Origin: Armatimonadota bacterium
Lineage (GTDB): Bacteria > Armatimonadota > UBA10988
Length of the DNA stretch: 55,123 nucleotides
Direction of reading: 5' to 3'
Assembly (NCBI GenBank): GCA_016235455.1
Contig: JACRKZ010000037.1
Span: forward strand, 1 to 55,123
Shown here piece after piece: positions 50,201-55,123 of the stretch. Position 1 is the first letter of the stretch; each line of letters begins with the position of its first letter. Position numbers and translations under genes: made by a program. A model generated the notes under the pieces. That model worked only from the letters and a program-made list of their open reading frames with translations, was not told the origin of the DNA and ran no database searches.

Positions 50201-51788
50201 TCGCCTGGTGCACTGGGGCGCGGATTCGCTCATGGCGGTCATCCGTGACGTCACCGAGCGGCGCCAGGCGGAAGCCGAGCGAGAGCGGCTCATGGTGGCC
50301 ATCGAGCAGGCGGCCGAGACCGTGGTGATCACGGACGCGCAGGGCACCATTCAATACGCCAACCCGATGTTCGAACAGGTCACGGGCTATGCCCGCGCCG
50401 AGGTCATCGGCCAGAACCCGCGCATCCTCAAGAGCGACCAGCAGGACGCCGAGACCTACCGCGACCTGTGGCGCACCATCAGCCAAGGGGCGACCTGGGT
50501 CGGCCGCCTGATCAACCGGCGACGTGACGGCACGCTGTTCACCGAAGAGGCCAGCATCTCACCCGTGCGCGACCACAACGGCGTGGTCACCAACTACGTG
50601 GCGGTCAAGCGCGACATCACCTCGCAGTTGAGCCTGGAAGCGCGGTTGGCCCAGGCGCAGAAGATGGAGTCCGTGGGCCGGCTGGCTGGTGGCGTGGCCC
50701 ACGACTTCAACAACATGCTCGGGGTCATCCTAGGCCATGCCGAGACGGTGTTGGAGCAGGTCGAGGTCGACTCGCCGCTCCACGCCGATCTGGAGGAGAT
50801 ACGCAAAGCCGCGCTGCGGTCGGCCGACCTGACGCGCCAGCTTCTGGCCTTCGCTCGGCAGCAGACCATCTCGCCGCGCGTGCTCGACCTCAACCACACG
50901 GTGGGCGGCATGTTGCGCATGCTCCAGCGCCTCATCGGCGAATCCGTGGCGCTCGACTGGCAGCCAGCCGACAACCTGTGGCCAGTCTGCGTCGACCCCT
51001 CGCAGATCGACCAGATCCTGGCCAACCTGTGCGTCAACGCGCGCGACGCCATCGGCGGCAGCGGCCGCGTGACCATCACCACCAGCAACCGCACCGTGGC
51101 CGCCGACCAGGCCGACGCCGATCTGGCACAGGGCGAGTACGTCTGTCTGGCCGTCACCGACGATGGCAGCGGCATGGATCCGCACACTCAGGCGCGCATC
51201 TTCGAACCGTTCTTCACCACCAAGCAGCTGGGCGAGGGCACTGGCCTGGGACTGGCCACCGTCTATGGCGCCGTGCGCCAGAACGACGGCGTGGTTCGCG
51301 TCGACAGCTCGCCCGGCCAGGGCACCACGTTCCGCATCTTCCTGCCGCGACACCTGGGCGACGGCGCGGGCGAGTCGCAGTCCGCCCCCTCGCACCGACC
51401 ACGTCGCGGCGAGGGGACCATCCTCCTGGTCGAGGATGAGCCGGCCATTCTGCGCATGGCGCAACGCATGTTGGGCCGGCGCGGCTACACCGTCCTCGCC
51501 GCACCCACGCCCAGCGACGCGCTGCGTGTCGTGCGGGAGCACGATGGAGCCATCGATCTGGTCATGACCGACGTGGTCATGCCCGAGATGAACGGCCGCC
51601 AGCTCGTGGAAGCGATACGCCAACTGCGACCCGGCATCGGCGCGCTCTTCATGTCAGGCTACACCGCCGACGCCATCGCCGACCACGGCGTGCTCGACGC
51701 CGGCGTGGAGTTCATCGCCAAGCCGTTCACCACGCGCGACCTCGCGGCGACCGTGGAGAGGATCCTCGGTAGCCAGGAACCCGCCTGA
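47292..51788 (+). CDS. hybrid sensor histidine kinase, paralog of 42800-46312 with an extra PAS+GAF module
   Basis: Same H-box, ATPase and REC motifs; about 328 aa longer. Confidence 0.93.
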   Translation: MPGSGNQAMVVASDADLREALCTVVTRLGFGARSHDCADEALAALLSGPSPRCLLAQADLPGTSGARLRDLLATALPEVPVAVVTTQGQGHPDQVAWPAEEARLVKTIGELAARRADRGATSDLLILDPDAVLAPSLLAESLDLAWGLPIGLLQTHPDGRVLAMNRTCAQIARCPDGAVQAWFSRGIRAIYADPRDRDRMLADISEHGVVRDVTVAIQRYDGTQGWVRVNARMYPGRPGEPGHIDTSLLDVTAEHDATANLESDLALERVRSAVLEMTDEGDWWHVVHAFAQAARGVMHFVECGVNLVDCDRQEMRGFNSGDPNGDLGYHRTEIGPALALVVQTGQAMVRERGDALFGNDFRAEINSVVDVPFSGGTVALNSTEFGAFGPREIGLLEHYAKVMTTGHRRLLDLQARALAEAETRQSKERYEELVRRIPIGVYVYRVTAAGERLIEYASPQLARMTGHAAEDLQGDAALAFGMIHPDDLADFVQHNIETTAALTPFRWEGRAVVAGEVRHIRMESDPTPLPNGDSVWSGIVIDVTEQRAAADELRRSQERYHSFVANSHEAIYCTEFDQPIDTGLPTEEQIDAIYAHGYLGECNAAMAAMYGFEATEQFVGQRLVDFHGGSDNPANRDVFRRFIASNYRALDSETEEYLPDGQRRYFLSSDVGVVSDDRLLRIWGTASDVTERRLAEQALRRRDELLAAAAQAGRMLLTQDDLPSTLAQIVDRIGPASGQDRAYLFEFHPDTDAGQVSASLRYEWVRDGVEPQMASPQLQDIPFAELAPYSWSRLGRGECVCARVADLPETERAVLEPQGILSLLLVPIQADGAAWGFIGFDACTAAYDWRAGEQAALMSIAAAIGGAVERLRAAQALRESMERNRTLVDANPDSFFVISADGTILDAKTERADSLLPPATYFVGKHVSEVLPDDTAALTAAKMAEVLLADQPVTYTYSIEFPSGWHDFECRLVHWGADSLMAVIRDVTERRQAEAERERLMVAIEQAAETVVITDAQGTIQYANPMFEQVTGYARAEVIGQNPRILKSDQQDAETYRDLWRTISQGATWVGRLINRRRDGTLFTEEASISPVRDHNGVVTNYVAVKRDITSQLSLEARLAQAQKMESVGRLAGGVAHDFNNMLGVILGHAETVLEQVEVDSPLHADLEEIRKAALRSADLTRQLLAFARQQTISPRVLDLNHTVGGMLRMLQRLIGESVALDWQPADNLWPVCVDPSQIDQILANLCVNARDAIGGSGRVTITTSNRTVAADQADADLAQGEYVCLAVTDDGSGMDPHTQARIFEPFFTTKQLGEGTGLGLATVYGAVRQNDGVVRVDSSPGQGTTFRIFLPRHLGDGAGESQSAPSHRPRRGEGTILLVEDEPAILRMAQRMLGRRGYTVLAAPTPSDALRVVREHDGAIDLVMTDVVMPEMNGRQLVEAIRQLRPGIGALFMSGYTADAIADHGVLDAGVEFIAKPFTTRDLAATVERILGSQEPA

Positions 51789-51818
51789 CGGCGCGCGGCG
51801 CAGCCTCCCAGCCCCTGC

Positions 51819-53153
51819 CTAGCAGGGCCGCGGCGCCGATCCGGTCCCCAGCGGCCGGTCCGCCAGCCGCCAGAACACCTCACGCACCGCCTCCTTCATG
51901 CCCGCGCAGGCCACTCCCGGCCGGCCGAACTCGCCGTGCACCGCGTAGCTCTCGCCCGCGCACCCGCCCAGACACCAGTGCCGCGCCCAGCAGCCGCCGC
52001 ACGGCCGGCGCGCGGCCAGCGCCGTTTGCCGCCGGACTTCGGCCAGCGCCGCCGAGCGCCGCCAGACCCGCGCCGGCGGCTCGCTGCGCACGTTGCCCGC
52101 GGCGAAGGCCTCACCCACGAAATTGGGGCAGGGATAGAGCGTGCCGTCGGCATCGAGCAGCAGCGTCTGGCTGCCGGTGCCGCAACTGCGGCGCGGCGCG
52201 CAGCCGTGGCAGGTCTGGGCGAAGATGCTCGCAAAGTCGCGGCCGAGCAACCCCGCCAGCGCCGGGTCGCTGTCCGCCGCCTGCCAGATGGCGCGCAGCA
52301 GGTTGACCGGCTTCGGCGGCTCGAAGGCCTGGCCCGGCCCCATCTGGCGTACGGCGATGCAGCGCGCCTCGGCCACGCCGAGGCGTTGCGCCAGCCGCAG
52401 ATACGGCTCGATGGCGGTCAGGTTGCCCGCGTGGACGACCATGCTGATGACCACCAGCGCGCCGGCCTCGACCAGCCGCGCCACGCCGGCCAAGGCGCGG
52501 TCGAAGGTGCCCGGTCCGCGCACCGCCTCATGGCCGGCGGCGTCGGGTCCGTCGAGCGACACCTGCACGTCCAGCCCGCACTCGGCGGCGCCGCGGGCAA
52601 AGGCGTCGTCCACGTACAGCCCGTTGGTGGAGACCATGGGTCGCAGCCCGCGCCGCCTGGCCCAGCGCGCCAGGTCGAGCGTATCCGCCGGCCGCAACAG
52701 CGGCTCGCCGCCGAGGATGGCCAGCAGCGCGCCCGGCGCGGTGTAGCGGCGCAGGCCGTCGAGCGCGGCGGCCAGCTCCAGGCCGGACAGCTCGGCGCGA
52801 TCCTGGTGCAGCTCAGGCTGGTTGTAGCAGAAGGCGCAGCGCAGCGGGCAGCGGTTGGTGATGTTGACCGCGATGCTCTCGATGCGGTCGCGCGCGGGCT
52901 GTCGCGGCCGGCGCGCGAGCACGCCGGCGCTCTTGAGCCGCCGGATGATGCCGGCCGCCGCCTGCGCCACGGCATAGTCGGCGCGCCCGCCGGTCAGCTC
53001 GGCCAGCGCGGCTGCCGGCGACTTGCCCTCGACCAGCGCGCCGATGAAGCGGTCGGCCTGTGGGTCGATGACCGTCCACCAGGGCGCATCGCCCCACACC
53101 AGCAGGACGCGGTCGCCGCGGCGCTCGCGGATGTCGGGCGGCGGGAGGGTCAT
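51819..53153 (-). CDS. radical SAM/SPASM domain protein with RRE/PqqD-like N-terminus
   Basis: CPLRCAFC, GGEPLL, STNG, VSLDG; SPASM cysteines CGTG...YPC...CGGC...CLGGC...C; ATGA overlap with the upstream gene. Confidence 0.92.
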   Translation of the reverse strand: MTLPPPDIRERRGDRVLLVWGDAPWWTVIDPQADRFIGALVEGKSPAAALAELTGGRADYAVAQAAAGIIRRLKSAGVLARRPRQPARDRIESIAVNITNRCPLRCAFCYNQPELHQDRAELSGLELAAALDGLRRYTAPGALLAILGGEPLLRPADTLDLARWARRRGLRPMVSTNGLYVDDAFARGAAECGLDVQVSLDGPDAAGHEAVRGPGTFDRALAGVARLVEAGALVVISMVVHAGNLTAIEPYLRLAQRLGVAEARCIAVRQMGPGQAFEPPKPVNLLRAIWQAADSDPALAGLLGRDFASIFAQTCHGCAPRRSCGTGSQTLLLDADGTLYPCPNFVGEAFAAGNVRSEPPARVWRRSAALAEVRRQTALAARRPCGGCWARHWCLGGCAGESYAVHGEFGRPGVACAGMKEAVREVFWRLADRPLGTGSAPRPC

Positions 53154-53449
53154 GGTCGCCCAAACAAGCTGCCGTACACCGACACACGCTGTAAGGCTAT
53201 GCCGGCGACCGCGAGTGTGGCCACCGTTACCACCGCCAGCGGTATCCGCCAACGCCGATTGGCCAGCAGTGTGGCGGTCACCAACGCCAGCCCCGTGACC
53301 AGCAGGCCGAGCCCCAACTGCGGCGTGCTCCAGACTGACGCAGACCATTGCTCGACCGCGACGACATAGCCCATGTGCGCCGACGCGCTGCGACTGCTGT
53401 CCCCCGCCGCCAGCACCCGCGGGGCCGTGGCGTCGGTCCTCGACGTCAT
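53150..53449 (-). CDS. small 2-TM membrane protein with N-terminal PRVLAAG-x8-HMGY motif
   Basis: 99 aa, two hydrophobic helices, ATGA overlaps at both ends. Confidence 0.75.
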   Translation of the reverse strand: MTSRTDATAPRVLAAGDSSRSASAHMGYVVAVEQWSASVWSTPQLGLGLLVTGLALVTATLLANRRWRIPLAVVTVATLAVAGIALQRVSVYGSLFGRP

Positions 53450-54162
53450 CGCACGACCTTCCCCATCCCCGTTGGCCAGCCCGGCAGCTTGGCCTTCGGG
53501 TCGCGCGGCGGCCGCGCATGGGGCCAGACCTTCTCTTGCAGGTAACTCGCCCGCAGCCAGTGCACCACCTCCTCGTCGTCGGGCGTGCCGAACAGCCCAT
53601 CGGCGCCCGCGACGCGGCTGTCGCACCACAGGTAGTCCGGCGCGAGTCCACGGTCGTCAGCCCAGATGGCGTAGGCCTTCCACGGCGCGCTCAGGTCGCC
53701 GTGGTCGCGCGTGTTGGGTGGCGGCGCCAGTTCGAAGTGGACCGCCTTGCCGCGCGGCCCGACCGGCTCGCCATGCTCCGCATGCCACTCCTCGGGCGTC
53801 GGCCAACGGCCCAGCGCCGACGCCTGCGCCTCAGTCGATGCGGACAACCGCTCAATCTGCTGGAGCGCGGTGATGGTCTCGGGCAGGAGCACGCGCTTGC
53901 GCGCACGACCCACGTCCATGCCCGCCACCAGCGCGACCGACGCAGCCACGAGCACGCCGCAGCGCGCCGCCGGACGCCATCGCTCGCGCGCCGCAACGGC
54001 GAGCAGGAGCAGCGCCAAGCCCACGCCGCACAGCCCCGCGGTGAGGCCCGGCCTGGCCGGCACGAGAGTCATCTCGATCGTGCCACCAACCACGTAGCCG
54101 ACGTGGGAGTAGACCTGGCCGGTCCGCGAGCCTTCGGCCAGCAGATGCGGCGTGCCCGTCAT
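53446..54162 (-). CDS. membrane protein with PHLLAEG-x8-HVGY motif and GspG-like domain
   Basis: GAGGTG RBS; two TM helices; LSASTEAQ...GRWPT; GADGLFGTPDD; WPHARPPRDP tail. Confidence 0.8.
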   Translation of the reverse strand: MTGTPHLLAEGSRTGQVYSHVGYVVGGTIEMTLVPARPGLTAGLCGVGLALLLLAVAARERWRPAARCGVLVAASVALVAGMDVGRARKRVLLPETITALQQIERLSASTEAQASALGRWPTPEEWHAEHGEPVGPRGKAVHFELAPPPNTRDHGDLSAPWKAYAIWADDRGLAPDYLWCDSRVAGADGLFGTPDDEEVVHWLRASYLQEKVWPHARPPRDPKAKLPGWPTGMGKVVR

Positions 54163-55058
54163 GGCTTCACCTCGTTCGGCGCCGCGGGCCAGGGCGGGAG
54201 CTTGACGTTCGGGTCGCGTGGCGCGCGGGCGTGGGGCCATTCCGCCCGGCCGAAGCGGCTGGGCGGCAGCTTATACTGGAGCGGATCGTCGCCCGTAGCG
54301 AACAGCCCGTCAGCGCCGAACTCCTCGCTCAGGAAGCGGCGGTTGTTGGCCGGAGGACCCGGAGGCTGGCAGACGACGGTGTACCGCCGCCAGTTCGGCG
54401 CCACGACATAGTACGGATCCGGCAGGCGGGTCGCCGGGCCGTATTCGAACCGGCTACCGTCCACACCCACCGGCCGACCATGCTCGGTCTGCCATTCGGC
54501 GGGGGTCGGCCAGTGGCCCAGCCGTGCGGCCTGCGCCTCGGTCGAGGCCGACAACTGCTCCAGTTGCAGCAGGTCGCTGAGCACCACCGGCTTGAGGCTG
54601 CGCAGCGCGGGCGCGGTGAGGGCCGCGCCCAGGACGATCACCCCCGCGGCGCCGACGGCCACGCGCCCGACCCGATCAGGTTGACTCTGCGCCAACGAGG
54701 CCAGCACGCACAGCAACACGCCCCACAGCACCGGGTGCATGGTCCAGTGGACACGGAGGTCGAGCAGACCCTCGTTTGCAAATGGCCTGAGCGGCACTTG
54801 CAGCGCCACCACGGCCAGCCCGGCGACCAGGGCCAACGCGAACCGCCCTACCAGTTCGCGCAGCCGCGGCGCATGGCGACTGCCCCAGGCGAGCAGCATC
54901 AGAGCCAGCAACACCGAGCCCTCGACCGTGTGTGGCGCCACCCGCCGGTAGTCGCTGACATCGGCGGTGAACTGGATGACCGAGTAGCCGACGTGCGTGT
55001 AGGTCCTGGCCTGCGACTCGCCCGCGGCCAGCAGCCTGGGTGCTGTAGTCGGTGTCAT
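54159..55058 (-). CDS. membrane protein with PRLLAAG-x8-HVGY motif and GspG-like domain
   Basis: About four TM helices; LSASTEAQ...GHWPT; GADGLFATGDD; WPHARAPRDP tail. Confidence 0.8.
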   Translation of the reverse strand: MTPTTAPRLLAAGESQARTYTHVGYSVIQFTADVSDYRRVAPHTVEGSVLLALMLLAWGSRHAPRLRELVGRFALALVAGLAVVALQVPLRPFANEGLLDLRVHWTMHPVLWGVLLCVLASLAQSQPDRVGRVAVGAAGVIVLGAALTAPALRSLKPVVLSDLLQLEQLSASTEAQAARLGHWPTPAEWQTEHGRPVGVDGSRFEYGPATRLPDPYYVVAPNWRRYTVVCQPPGPPANNRRFLSEEFGADGLFATGDDPLQYKLPPSRFGRAEWPHARAPRDPNVKLPPWPAAPNEVKP

Positions 55059-55123
55059 GGCACGTCCCCCTTCGCAGTCGGCCAGGGCGGCAGCTTGACG
55101 TTCGGGTCGCGCGGCGCGCGGCC
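55055..55123 (-). CDS. 3' end of a further paralog of the array (truncated by the window edge)
   Basis: Translates to GRAPRDPNVKLPPWPTAKGDVP*, near-identical to the tail of 54159-55058; ATGA overlap. Confidence 0.8.
   Translation of the reverse strand, partial: GRAPRDPNVKLPPWPTAKGDVP

Noticed and set aside
51819-53651. 610-aa version of the radical SAM ORF
   Set aside because: The first ~165 aa overlap two array genes in other frames; the ATGA-coupled start at 53153 is more plausible.
53470-55123. Three repeats considered as a CRISPR array or DGR template/variable repeats
   Set aside because: They are 700-900 nt apart, lie in coding tails, differ at non-adenine positions, and no cas or reverse transcriptase gene is in the window.

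Overview
GC-rich bacterial chromosomal window; the gene content suggests a diderm Terrabacteria lineage such as Armatimonadota (inference only). It holds housekeeping genes (prfC, carB, nrdR, pgeF, rnc), small-molecule and carbohydrate enzymes (nucleoside hydrolase, DSD1-type PLP enzyme, GH51 arabinofuranosidase, esterases, SDR), envelope proteins (LptD-like barrel, Gly-rich lipoprotein, Fn3, beta-propeller and LysM proteins), a frameshifted glycosyltransferase, an orphan BrxC/DUF6079-like ATPase and two paralogous hybrid histidine kinases. No rRNA, tRNA, CRISPR array or transposase was recognised. The most notable element is at the right end (51819-55123, minus strand): a translationally coupled array of at least four paralogous genes, one cut by the window edge. 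The three complete ones encode membrane proteins sharing the exactly spaced N-terminal motif P-[RH]-[LV]-LAxG-x8-H-[VM]-GY, and two of them carry a GspG/pseudopilin-like domain. The array leads directly into a radical SAM/SPASM enzyme with an RRE-like N-terminus, making it a candidate undescribed system for modifying membrane-tethered RiPP-like substrates. All family assignments come from motif recognition by eye, not database searches.
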